A stretch of 37,716 nucleotides of DNA from Octopus bimaculoides. Taxonomy: Eukaryota. The stretch covers positions 71,268,367 through 71,306,082 of the forward strand of contig NC_068990.1 of the NCBI RefSeq assembly GCF_001194135.2, in the 5' to 3' direction. Made by a program: the position numbers and the translations under genes. The notes below the pieces were generated by a model. The model had not been told where the DNA came from, did no database searches, and was given only the letters and a program-made list of their open reading frames with translations. Positions 11,207-23,054 of the stretch are shown here, in pieces; positions within the stretch are counted from its first letter, which is position 1, and every line of letters begins with the position of its first letter.

Positions 11207-11655
11207 CATCATCATCATCATCATCATCATCATCGTTTAACATACGCTTTCCATGCTAGCATGGGTTGGACAATTTGACTGAGGACTGGCGAACCAGATG
11301 GCTGCACCAGGCTCCAATCTGATCTGGCAGAGTTTCTACAGCTGGATGCCCTTCCTAACGCCAACCACTCTGAGAGTGTAGTGGATGCTTTTACGTGCCA
11401 GTCAGGCGGTACTGGCAGCAACCATGCTCAAATGGTGTTTTTTTACGTGCCACCTGCACAGGAGTCAGTCCAGCAGCACTGGCAAACAACCTCGCTCGAA
11501 TGTTTTGTTCACGTGTCACCGGCACAAGTGCCAGTAAGGCGAAGTTGGAAACGATCACGCTCAAATGGTGCTTTTTACGTGCCACCGGCACGGAAGCTAG
11601 ACAGCTGCTCTGGCAATGATCCCGCTCGGATGGTGCTGTTAGCACTCCACTGGCA
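11207..11655 (-). mobile_element. (GAT)n-tailed RTE-LINE 3' end, inverted copy
   Basis: (CAT)n-CGTTTAAC...CCATGCTAGCATGGGTTGG... is the reverse complement of the 10300-10555 type. Confidence 0.85.
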
Positions 11656-12071
11656 CAGGTGAGAGAATGAATTAACGAAATGATAAACTTGAATAAAATA
11701 AATAAAATGTGACAATTAATGGATATGCATGAACTTAAGACAAACAAGGAAGACGAAGCTATGGGAACTATGTTTACATGGTAAAGAAATAGATAGATAA
11801 TAAAGGACGAATGGCGGGGGGGTTATGATCTACATAGAAACAGAAGTACATGAACGAGGTTAAAATTTTAATTATTTTTGATGGACTATGTTAACCATTG
11901 ATATATAACTGGAACTATTTTGTGTCATTTGCATTGATAACAGTTTTAGGAAAAGTATGAACATCACAAAATCCTGTCCCTCCATTCACTTGAAAAATTC
12001 TCTGCCCTCAGCATATATAAGAACCTATGATATTTTGCCAAAACTTAGTAATTTCATTTTCTCTTTTGCAG

Positions 12072-12224
12072 CTGTACAAAAACCTGTCATATTTAATGAA
12101 GGACTATCCTGAACTTGTACATGACTTTGCAGCGTTCCTCTCTCCAGAACATGCTCTCCTCTGTGGCTGTTACAAAACTACAGTAGACTTTCTTAGGGCT
12201 CGCAACTTCTTACGTAAAATTGAG
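12072..12224 (+). CDS. GON4L: GON4L exon 3 (LYKNLSYLMKDYPELVHDFAAFLSPEHALLCGCYKTTVDFLRARNFLRKIE)
   Basis: ttttgcag|ctg acceptor, gag|gtaatt donor, 51 codons. Matches LYxxL..L.D.P.L..DFAAFL.PE.AL.CG...R.FLR..E of GON4L. Confidence 0.95.
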
Positions 12225-13104
12225 GTAATTTTCATTCATCGTCACCATTTTCACTTTATTTTCTTTTGTCTTCACATTTCAACTTTTTGTAATTTTTTTC
12301 CCCACTTCCATCTCACTTTTCCATTTCTCCTGAAAATTCTATTTGATATAAACAATTATTAGGTGCTATTTTTCATCTCTTATGGAAGATGTTGCAACTA
12401 TATGGGGCAGTGACATGAGAAGTTTGTTTTTCATTATTTCATTTGAAAATGTTCCTATTTAAAAAGATTCTTATCAATTTAAAAAAAATCTTTCTTTGAT
12501 ACTTTGCCACTCTCTTATACTTTAGCATAAGCTGGAAATGTTACACCAGTTACATATAAACAGACCAACTTTGTTTACATACATATATTATATATTTATG
12601 ATTCGAAGTGAGTGGGAAGGTGGGTACAGACCGTATGATGAGGATGAACCAGTTCAGTCCCCCATGTATTGTCCTAGAGAAGGATGTGTAAGTTTGAATA
12701 TACAAATGAGAAAAAAACATTACTCAATAGTTGTATAATTTATTTATATTAATATTTAAAAACAATTTGGACCTTATAATATCCTCATGTGGCCCAAGAA
12801 GGTTCAGTTATATTTTCAATCAACTCTAACTATATCATGAATAATGATGTGAGATTTCAGAAAGTCAATACCAACATAGTAATACTAGTAATACCAACAT
12901 AATATACTAGGCGCATAAGTAGGTCTGTAGGAGATAGATGATAGTTAGATAGTTAGAGTAAGGTGGCAAGCTGGCAGAAACGTTAGCACACCGGGCGAAA
13001 TGTTTAGCGGTATTTCGTCTGCCGTTATGTTCTGAGTTCAAATTCCACCGAGGTCGACTTTGCCTTTCGTCCTTTTGGGGTCGATAAATTAAGTGCCAGT
13101 TACA

Positions 13105-13114
13105 NNNNNNNNNN
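13105..13114. other. Assembly gap (10 N)
   Basis: Run of N inside a SINE-A copy. Confidence 1.
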
Positions 13115-13229
13115 ACACACTGGAATCAATGTAATCGACTTAATCCCTTTGTCTGTCCTTGTTTGCCCCCTCTGTGTGTAGCTCCTTGTGAGCAATAAAG
13201 AAATAAGATGATACTTAGATATGTAGGAA

Positions 13230-13231
13230 GG

Positions 13232-13288
<57 letters not shown>

Positions 13289-13302
13289 TGATTGATTGAT
13301 TG
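13230..13302. repeat. (AGAT)n then (TGAT)n microsatellite
   Basis: Directly visible. Confidence 0.97.
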
Positions 13303-13614
13303 CCCCTTCAATACTGCCTATGTAGATTTTCTCGAGAATCAATATTTCAGAAAAATATACAATTTGATCAAACTGTTTTCAAAATAATTGTGGAATTCCC
13401 ATGGGTACTACTAGTATTAATAATACCGATATAATATTTTAATAGCAGCAACATAATATATTGATATTTTACTTTACCACTTCAAACTCTGTATTGTACT
13501 GATAATCAATTAGAATGCTGAGGTGGTTTACATGATAGAAATGTGATGTAGCTTTAATACACTTGAAACACTCTCTAAGTTTTAAATTGTTTACTATTGT
13601 TATTGTTTCTGCAG

Positions 13615-13796
13615 ATTATTTTTGAGAAACATCCTAGTCAGTACCTAAAGGTTCTAAGAATCTTTGCGGAATGGCAGAGGAAGGTGACGCACAAGGAAGA
13701 AGAACTTCATGAAATGTTACTGCCAATGTTTAAGGGACAAGATGAACTTTTGGCTGAATTCTCAGGGTTATTTGGATTTCAACCACCTCCAGAAAG
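13615..13796 (+). CDS. GON4L: GON4L exon 4, PAH2 (IIFEKHPSQYLKVLRIF...FKGQDELLAEFSGLFGFQPPPE)
   Basis: tctgcag|att acceptor, ag|gtttgt donor. 182 nt (60 codons+2), completed by the first base of exon 5 (AG+T=Ser). Confidence 0.9.
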
Positions 13797-15599
13797 GTTT
13801 GTATGTTCTCTCTAATTGGTTTCTTTTGTCAAATGATTTTAAAGAAGTACGACATAGCTACTTTCAGACTGCATCTATTTAGGTAGTAGATTTGCAAGAA
13901 ACAACAGCCAAATTGCCTTCAGTTTATGTCTTATCATTTTAGAAAAAGTCATTTTGGTCCTTGGGAGCAGATAGAATAATCAACTCCTTTGGTAATTGTT
14001 CTGCTTAATCTGAGTTGACCAGTGGTTAAACAATAATAAAAATACAAACTAAGGCTGTGAGCTGCTGGAATTCGTAGCACAGTGGGCAAAATGTGTAGCA
14101 GCATTTCATCTGACTTTATGTTCTGAGTTCAAATGCTGCTAGGGTCAACCTTGTTTTTATCCTTTCAAGGTTGATAAAATAATTACCAGTTGAACACTGA
14201 GGTCGTCGATGTAACTGACTTGACTTATCCCCTCCCCTGAAATTGCTGGCTTTGTGCCAAAATTTGAAATCATTATTACTACTGACCTTCCATCTTCGTC
14301 ATTTTCTCCCCTCCCTCTACTACACTTTCATCCCAATCACTCTGTTAGCCCTCACCCATGATTTTGTTTCCTTCACCCACTCATCTTGGTTCTTCTGCTA
14401 TTGTATTCCTTGATATTCACTGTGTCTCAATTATATTGTGTTGAGTAAATGGAGATATTGCAACATAGTCTAAGGCAACTGTACTACTTCTGGCTCCACA
14501 ATATACAGGGACCCAGTGCACTTATTAAAGTAGTTGGGAAACAAGTGGAGACAATGCAGGGTTGAGAAGGCCCTTTAATCCAGTCTTAGACCTGATAACT
14601 GCTTTAGTACTGTGGTTTGAGTATAATTTGTGAAGTGGTTAGTGTTAAGAACAGAATCTGAGCTATGGCCACTAACTCGAAAGTGAAAGCTACAAGTGTG
14701 ACTTGGTCTTTTGACTATTTTTAAGGCAACAATAATTCCAAATAAGAACTGATACAGACCAATGGCGGGCTTTCCAGTGGTAGTGGCCTTTCAGACCTAT
14801 CATCACCACTCTATCTCTTTCCAGCTCCATCCTCTCTTCTAAAATTGCAAGTAGTCATTTAGACCCTTTACAAGAAACCTATTCTTCTCTGGCTCCTTTT
14901 CTCATGCTTTAACTCTTTTATCTCCTACTATAAAGTCCTCTCTTTCAGGGTTTGTAGTTTTGCAAACTGCATGACTACCTCACTAGTGAGGGTCACATGA
15001 AAATAACACCCAGTGCATGCTAGAAAGCGGTTGACATTAGGTAGGGTATCCAGTCATAAAACTCATGCCAAAGTAGACTGAAAAAGCTGATGCAGTCTAG
15101 AAAACCAAATCCTCAAATTATATTCAGTTTTTAGTTTCAGTAATTCTATCATCATCGTCATTTAACGTCCAGCATGAGCTGGCATATTTTGAACACTTCG
15201 ACATGAGCTGACAGGTCAGAAGACTACACCAACCCCTGTTGTCTGTATTTTGATAAAGCTCAACAACCTGACTATAAATACAATCTCATTTTACTTAGTT
15301 AATCTCAGTATCATCATTTTTTTTTGATGTGTGCTTTACCATGCTTGCATGTGGGTCAGCCAACAGTTTGTTAGGGTAGCGCTTTCTATGGCTAGATGTC
15401 CTTCCTGTCACCAACCCCGCCTGTTTGCAAAGTAATATTCTTCTAGTCTATGAAACAATCTGGATGTGTTAATGTAAACAACTAGAAACAAATGCCATCA
15501 AAGCAAGGATCTTTACTTGTGAAGATCCTGCAACATCTCAAGACATTTCAAGAAACCTGGACCTGCTTTCATAGTGGACTTAGAGCAAATGACATCATT

Positions 15600-15850
15600 A
15601 GCAAAGCCGTGCGGGTGGCACATAAAAGACACCATTTTGAGCGTGGCCGTTTTCGTGCGGGTGACACGTAAAAGCACCCACTACACTCTCTGAGTGGTTG
15701 GCGTTAGGAAGGGCATCCAGCTGTAGAAACTCTGCCAAATTAGATTGGAGCCTGGTGTTGCCATCCGGTTTCACCAGTCCTCAGTCAGATCGTCCAACCC
15801 ATGCTAGCATGGAAAGCGGACGTTAAACGATGATGATGATGATGATGATT
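15600..15850 (+). mobile_element. (GAT)n-tailed RTE-LINE 3' end
   Basis: Same sequence as 10300-10555 with few differences. Confidence 0.85.
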
Positions 15851-16514
15851 GTTTATGAAACAGTAAATGAACATGTGTAGACTTGAGAAATGCAACCTCG
15901 CTTTCCAAACATATACACATACATATATTTCTCTTATTGTGTGTGTGTGTATACACATATATCATCACTAATTCGCATCCTCCTTTCATGCTGGCACAAG
16001 TTGGATGATTTGACTGGAGCTGGCATTGTTTCTATGTCTGGAAGCCCTTCCTAATTCCAACCATTTTACTGTATGTACTCTGTACTTTTTACATGGCACC
16101 AGCTGCAGTGAACCCACCAAATAATCGGTAAGGCATGGCTCCTCAACTGAAAGGGGAATAGTATTGAGGGAGGTGGCTTTGTGTCAGGTGGTGAGAGGTT
16201 GGAGTATAAATAGAGAGACAGAGATGAGTGTCTTGCAGTAGAAGAGATGAGAAAAAGATGATGATGACGATGTGATGAAGGTTGGGGTACACTCAAGTTA
16301 TGAGGGAGGTGTACGGAAGTGAAATGGAACTAAGTATTGCATGGGGTGATTAGGTGGGTAAGTTGTGTGAGAACACAAAAGGAGAGTGGGAAATGGAAGA
16401 GAGGGGAGGGAGTGCAGCAAGTGGACACAAATAAAGGGAGGGGTTGTTAGGATATGTTATTGGGAAGACATTCAATAGGGTTGCATTATGTGCAGGTAGG
16501 TTTGTGAGGTTATT

Positions 16515-16700
16515 CACACACACTCATACACAGATAATGGGCTTCTTTCAGTTTCCATCTACGAAATGCACTCACAAGGTTTTGTTCAACCCTAGGCTTT
16601 GGTAGAAGACACTTACCCAAAGTGCCACGCAATTGGACTGAACTTGGGACCATGTGGTTATGAAGCAAGCTTCTTGCTTCTTACCACGTAGCCATATTTG
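16515..16700 (-). mobile_element. tRNA-headed SINE family B (other copies ~23555-23670 -, ~23742-23830 +, ~24685-24820 +, ~27885-28020 +)
   Basis: Shared body TTGGGCAAGTGTCTTCTA...GACCAA.GCCTTGTGAGTGGATTTGGTAGATGGAAACTGAAAGAAGCCC, with a head carrying GTTCAGTCC. Confidence 0.75.
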
Positions 16701-16716
16701 CATACTCACACATATA

Positions 16717-17496
16717 TGATGGGGTACCCAAAAGTAACTAGAAATGTTCTCTGTGGGACAAGTCCATTGTAGTTTAGGCTTCTATCGCTAGAAGCCACTT
16801 GATGCAACCTTCAAGCATTAGTCTGCTGACTGGCATTGTTGTTTGGGGGCATACTGCCACATGGTGTGTCTTTGTTTTGCAGTGTCTTTGTTTTGCAGTT
16901 TGTTGAATTTAGAGATGGCTGAAACAAAGGAATAGTCTGCTTTCGTGAAATTCTGTTTTCTGCTGAGGAAAGCAGCAGCTGAAACAGTTCTCATGCTTCA
17001 AACAGCTTACAAGGCTGCTGCCATGAGCAAAACACAAATTTACGAGTGGTTTTCATGCTTTAGGAATGGTCACTTGTCACTTGAAGACCAACCTTGTTCA
17101 GGGTAACCATCAACCTCCCGAATGAATGAAAACATCATGAAAATTCATGAACTGATCTTGGAGGACCATCACCAAACAATTGACGATCTTGTTAATATGA
17201 CTGGTGTGTCCTGGAACCCCTAGCAATGAATTTTGAGTGAGGAATTGTGAATGAAAAGAGTTGCAGCAAAATTTGTATCTCACTTACTCACGGAAGATCA
17301 AAAGTAGTCATGACTGAATGAGTGTCACGAACTGAAAGAACATTTGAAAGTTGACCTGGACCTTTTTTCAAAGGTCATCACTGGTGATGAAAGCTAGTGC
17401 TTCGGAATTTACAGATGTGGAAGAGGTGAAGAAAAAAAATCAATGGAGGCATTAAAAGGCATCATTTTGCAAGTGTTCTAGTACTGTACTCCCTCG
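16717..17496 (+). mobile_element. Internally deleted mariner (Tc1/mariner) element
   Basis: Degenerate TIRs (TA|TGATGGGGTACCCAAAAGTAACTAGAA ... TTCTAGTACTGTACTCCCTCG|TG). Pseudo-ORF from ATG 16915: FVKFCFLL...IYEWF..FRNG...LED.P.SG*P...KFVSHLLT...VITGDES*. Most of the catalytic domain is missing. Confidence 0.9.
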
Positions 17497-17578
17497 TGTG
17501 GTTATATATGTATATATATATATATATATATTCACACACATGTATTTATTGTTTATATCTATTTTTAATATTTTATAG

Positions 17579-17807
17579 TCAACCTGAAGACTTTGAAGAA
17601 GTCACTCTTGAAGGCGGAGAGTCTGAGATGAACAATAAGTTAATGGGTTATGAGGATGTTGAGTTACCTGATGCTGCTAACCAGTATGGAATGCCAGGTT
17701 GTCCATGTCAGTGTCACAAAGACAAAGAGAAATTACCCACCGATGGATTAAATAAGAAGAAAACAAAGAGTAAACGAATGTCACATTGTTCTCTCTGTAG
17801 TTTGACA
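17579..17807 (+). CDS. GON4L: GON4L exon 5, acidic stretch and Cys/His motif (QPEDFEEVTLE...YEDVELPD...GCPCQCHK...SHCSLCSLT)
   Basis: ttttatag|tc acceptor, aca|gtaagt donor, 229 nt (1+76 codons). DFEE...FE/YE-V-LPD...CxCxCH...CxxC is the order seen in GON4L. Confidence 0.92.
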
Positions 17808-18136
17808 GTAAGTTTATTAAACCATTTCACAGCTAATCTGTTCATTAATTCTTCCAGTAGCTAGACTCATCTTTCATTTTATCCAGGAGTAAGGAGCAGT
17901 TCAATGAGTACAATTTGATAATTGAGACTGGTTTCATAAAACAACTATTGTCATCAACCAGGGGTCAGCTTTCCAAGACTTTTCAATTCCTTCTGTTTTA
18001 TATTTGATTTATTCAATCTTGTTTTCAGTCTATTCTTTGCTGTCATCACCACAAATGTATTTGACAACCTCTTGCTCTCTTTCCTTCAACACATCCTGTC
18101 AAGATAGTTTTGACTAACAAACTGTAGTGCATTGTA

Positions 18137-18500
18137 TCATCATCATCATCATCGTCGTTTAACGTCCGCTTTCTATGCTAGCATGGGTTGGACGATTTGA
18201 CTGAGGACTAGTGAAACCAGATGGCTACACCAGGCTCCAATCTGATTTGGCAGAGTTTCTACAGCTGGATGCCCTTCCTAACACCAACCACTCAGAGACT
18301 GTAGTGGGTGCTTTTACGTGTCACTGGCACAAAGGCCAGTCGGGCGGTACTGGCAATGGCCACGCTCAAAATGGTGTATTTTATGTGCCACCCGCACAAA
18401 AGCCAGTCCAGGGGCACTGGCAATGATCTCGCTCGAAAGTCCTTACACATGCCGCGGGCATAGATGCCATCACAATTTCGCTTTCGCTTGCCCCAATAAG
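18137..18500 (-). mobile_element. (GAT)n-tailed RTE-LINE 3' end, inverted copy
   Basis: (CAT)n-CGTCGTTTAACGTCCGC... same family. Confidence 0.85.
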
Positions 18501-18864
18501 TCTTCGCAAGCGTCCACAATATATCATTGTGGATTTGATTCTCAACAATATGTATCTTTGGACTTTCAGATTTTCTTGTATTGCAGTGTTTGTTACTTAG
18601 TCTTCCCAGTTTGTTCTGCTCAATCTAAATAGGAAAAAAGCAACTCTTAACCTTCTTTTATCGATTGATACATTAAAGCAGTGTTTCAAACACAAAACTT
18701 GCTGAATGGTTCTTTCTTAAAGCTGGTAGTAGAATTTCTTTCTCAAAACTACTCTAATTAAATCTAAAACCTATAATATAAAAATATATTTCATTTAAAT
18801 ATTATCACGTGAAAGAGTTGTAACCTGAATGATATAATTACTAAATGCTCGTTATTTTAAAACC

Positions 18865-19283
18865 CATCAAGCCAAGTGAGATTGTAGTCATGGCCGATGG
18901 CAGTGTCATGTAACTGGCATGTAAAAATCCCCCCTCAACCGTTGGGTGATGTGTTGTACTTCAGAAGACTTGTCAAGCCAAGTGAAATTGTTGCTGTGGC
19001 TGATGCCAGTGCTGGTTCACTGGCACCCATACCAGTGACAAGTAAAAAGCATTGTTCAAGCGCATGGCCAATGCCGGTGTCATGCCAATGGCACTCGTGC
19101 CAGTGACATGTAATAAGCACCCACTACACTCTTGAAGTGGTTGGTGTTATGAAGGGCCTCCAGCTGTAGAAACCATGCCAAACCAGGTTGGAAAATAGTG
19201 TAGCTGCCCAGCTCACTAGTTTTCAGCCAAACTGTCCGACCCATACCAGCATAGAAATTGGACGTTAAATGATGATGATGATG
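18865..19283 (+). mobile_element. Older (GAT)n-tailed RTE-LINE 3' end
   Basis: Contains the post-stop segment (TCAAGCCAAGTGAGATTGTAGTC, duplicated) and a diverged tail ending GACGTTAAAT(GAT)n. Confidence 0.75.
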
Positions 19284-20757
19284 GTAAAAAGATACTAATT
19301 CTGTCCAATTTGTCCTCCTTTTTCTTTTGTTTATATTTTGTGTAGTTATTAGTGCTTGCCATTATTATATGAATCACTAGAATTGCTATAAACAAAAGTA
19401 ATCAATGGGTTTTGAGTGATTAAGATGATGGATTAGGTTTAGTTTCTCCTGAATGTTTTTGAAATGAGATATTTAAAAAGTTTTTATTCCATTCTCTTCC
19501 TGGAAATCGCTTCCATTATTGCTATATAACTAAGAAATACTCAAACATCAGTTTACGCTCCTCATTTGTATTATACTAAATGCATTTCTTTTTAAAAAAT
19601 ATCATTGAAATCTTGGGCTGTTATTCATTATTAAATCTAAATCTTTTGTAAGGTTGGATTATTATTGAAATAAAGAATTAAAAATGGATTTGGGAAAATC
19701 CATAGAATTCAAGGAGCACAAATTTCATTTTGTTAAAGTATCTGACAGTATACAGTTGTTTGTTTAGTGACACCAAATTATCACTAATACTATAACATTT
19801 ACATTGATGCTTTTGTTAAAATAGAAATAGTTAAATTAGGGTGGTATCAGCTACAGCAATATCTTATGAGGACAGGAAGTGGATGGTAGTTTTGGAGAAA
19901 GTTTTAATGCAAATGTACTGTTGAAAAAGGTGATAGGTGTACAGCAAAAACAACTAAACTGATTTGGATATGTAAGACAAATAAGTGACGTTTTTTGGGT
20001 GTGAATTGGTAATGGAAAGATATTACAGAGTTGTTGTTTAGTTTTGACTGAGTAGAAGCACTCATCCCAATCACGACAGTCCCTTCTGTTTGTATATCTA
20101 AGACTGTACTGTGAAATGCATCCTTCTTAAATGTATTAGGGATTGATTGGAAAGAGGTTTGATTGCACATAGCAGCTCCCTTGCTGGTTTTGTAGACAAG
20201 GAAATACAATTGCTCAGTCAGAACTGAGAATGTTGGATTCCTCATAGATAAGATGATAGAAAACTGAGTAATATGAAAGAAAACTTGCTTCAGTATTGTT
20301 TATATAAAATCACTGTTTTAGGAAAGAAGCTACTGTATGTGTGAGAAAAAGATGGGGAAGGTGTGATGAATCACACCTAAGAAATTTGAATTTTTGTGTC
20401 TGTCTTGTTGAATTAACCATAAATTTTGTATGCCCCGATGGACACTTTATAAAATGTTATATGAGAATAAGTTAAGAAAATATTTAGTAATATGTATAGA
20501 ACTGTAATCGAGATTTTCCAGTCCAATATCTTCAAACCCTGCTTCTTTGTTTAACTATTTTCCAGTTAGAATATTGTCTTGCTGGAAATAACAGTATTAT
20601 TATTTTCAGTAGTTGAATATAAGATTTGATGGTAGTAAATAGACCTTTTAGACATTTAGACACTGGATCTTTGTCTTGATGTTTTGTCTCTAGCAGCTCT
20701 GTTATGCTATGAGTGTGTGTATGCATTTATATAAAAATACACAAATCTCTTTTTCAG

Positions 20758-21006
20758 GTCAAAGATGGTAAATTGTATTTTAAGACAACTGGAAAACTGA
20801 AACATGTGCGTGCCAAAATCTCAGAGCCGTTTCATCTAAGTGACCCTGACAAAGAATCTAATCCTGAAGAACCTCTGATTCTGTTAGGAGATACAAAGCT
20901 TGACCACAAGGATCATTCTGCAGATGTTTGCAAAGATGGAAATAATTTGTCTGTCAGATCACCAGCTTCATCAGATTTATTAACAAAGCACAATTCTCCA
21001 AACAAA
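20758..21006 (+). CDS. GON4L: GON4L exon 6 (VKDGKLYFKTTGKLKHVRAKI...HNSPNK)
   Basis: ttttcag|gtc acceptor, aaa|gtaagc donor, 83 open codons, phase 0/0 matching neighbours. Confidence 0.85.
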
Positions 21007-21799
21007 GTAAGCAAACCTTCATAAAATGTTTAATTGTTTTAATATTAAAAAAAAAATAATTTAGGTCTGCTCACTGTTGTGTATTCTGTAGTGAGAAATA
21101 CGGTTAATTTTTGGAGAGCTCCTTAAAGAAACAGGTAAATTACACCAAAAGTTGTCAGTTCAGAATATTAAGACATAACTAATAGACTTGTAATCTGATG
21201 AAATTTGTAAGTTTGCTCCGGTACCCTGTCACTACCATTTTTACATTCTTTCCAGATACTTCCACTCACCTTTATATAATGTGGAGTAGCCTTGTATCTC
21301 CTCAATAGCAAGACACCTTCATGTGTCTTTCTATCATGCTTCAGCTTCTCAGGACCTGGCGTAAAGCCACATACCCCTCCTAAATAATTCCTCCCCCACC
21401 CTAGTCATGGGGAGCTTTTTTCCATTTCCCTTGCAACTTGGGGACTTCAGTAATACTGGTGGCCTGAGAAACAGCGTCCGCTACATACTGTAAAGGAGTT
21501 GATGTTAGGAAGGGCATCCAACTGTAGAAACTATGCCAAAGCTAGCCTTGCTGCTTGACATGGCCCTGTGGCTCAACAGAATGGAAAATGGATGTATGAC
21601 GGTGAGGAGGAGTTTGTCTGCAGTAGGGAGAGTTCTGATGTTTTGGCAAAGCTCATCTTCTTCCAGATAATCATTATTTTCTTCAAATTGTTTTTGTTTC
21701 TTTGTTGTCATCTAGCACCTTATATTTTTGATAATCTTATCTTTATTTCTGTAAACTAGCAGATATTGGACTCTATTTTGTGGATACCATGCCAGCACC

Positions 21800-21844
<45 letters not shown>

Positions 21845-21951
21845 CATACATACATACATATACCAGTGTTTTTTGTTGTTTTTTTTTTACTTGTTAAGGA
21901 TATAGGAACTAGAATATGGGTTTGTCTTTCAGTCTGAGACATTAATAGTTA

Positions 21952-22156
21952 AGAAAGTTAAAGAAGTGATTTTAAATTCTCAATCGCAGAATAATGCTAA
22001 TAATATAGCCTGAACAGGATAAGCTATCCCTATTTTGCAGAGAAAAGTGTAGGTGGCTAGCTGTGGACAGCTAGCCACCTACACTTTATCCTGTTCAGGC
22101 TATATTATTAGCATTATTCTGCGATTGAGAATTTAAAATCACTTCTTTAACTTTCT
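21952..22156. repeat. 205-bp palindrome: 71-bp + 19-bp perfect arms, 23-nt bulge on the left arm, 2-nt loop
   Basis: 21952-22022 is the exact reverse complement of 22086-22156, and 22046-22064 of 22067-22085 (read base by base). Confidence 0.95.
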
Positions 22157-22751
22157 AAAAAAGACATCTCAACGCTTCTAAAAGCAAACTTCGTTTGTTT
22201 ATTTACGTTTGTCGTAATTTGAATTTATTAATAGTTAAATATTTTCTGGTACCACATATTAATAGGAGTGGGTTTTAGACAGCTATTCAAAGAAGCAGAG
22301 TGATTCTAATGCAGTATTTGAAATTAAAGTATAAAATAACAATGTTGGCAATGGTATATCATTGAAGTGATGATCGGAAGGGCATCAAGTTGTAGAAACT
22401 AAGTCAAATGGCGTGTATCAGCACTGGTCTATAGGAGTAGCAGCTCCTGATAAGAAATAACTTGAACCCTGATATGACAATAATTGACGAGACAACTGTT
22501 GAGGTCTCACAGATGTCCACTAGATGTCTAGTTTTTATTGAATCCATAAGGATGTCTTAATTTGAAATTAGAATGTAGGCAGACAGATATTATAACAAGT
22601 GTTATGGGTTACATTATGTTATATTGTAACAATGTTATATATTATATAGAAATCATGAATCATTTTCTTTCTTTAAGATTGATCTTATATGTAACTTTGT
22701 TGATTTTTATTTATTGATATTCTCTTAACACAACAAATATTTACATTGCAG

Positions 22752-23054
22752 GAGATGTCTTCAAGCACCAATGGTTCTTCTGTTGCAGTACTGATGTCTG
22801 AAGCTCAGAATATGAAATCTCATGAAAATAATAAAGTTGAGAGTTCGCCAAATACAGCAAAGTCTGTGTGTGTGGATAAACCTGTAGTGCTTTCAAACTT
22901 TGATGAAATGGTTCCTAAAGCCTCAAATCCAACAAGCAATGATATTCTAGCTAAAGCCTGGGAACAAGCCTGCAGGAGTCCAACGGATAGTGTTGAACCA
23001 GATGATAGTTTACAAGATTTACTTCATATTCCTGTCAATCAAAACCAACCAAAG
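22752..23054 (+). CDS. GON4L: GON4L exon 7, S/N/D-rich linker (EMSSSTNGSS...NQNQPK)
   Basis: attgcag|gag acceptor, aag|gtcaga donor, 101 open codons in AT-rich surroundings, phase 0/0. Confidence 0.8.

Noticed and set aside
12600-12690. Purine-rich open stretch (SEWEGGYRPYDEDEPVQSP) followed by GTAAGT
   Set aside because: No convincing acceptor, and exons 3 and 4 already join colinearly with GON4L homologues.
19904-20245. 113-aa minus-strand intronic ORF
   Set aside because: No motif, no splice or Kozak support; expected by chance.
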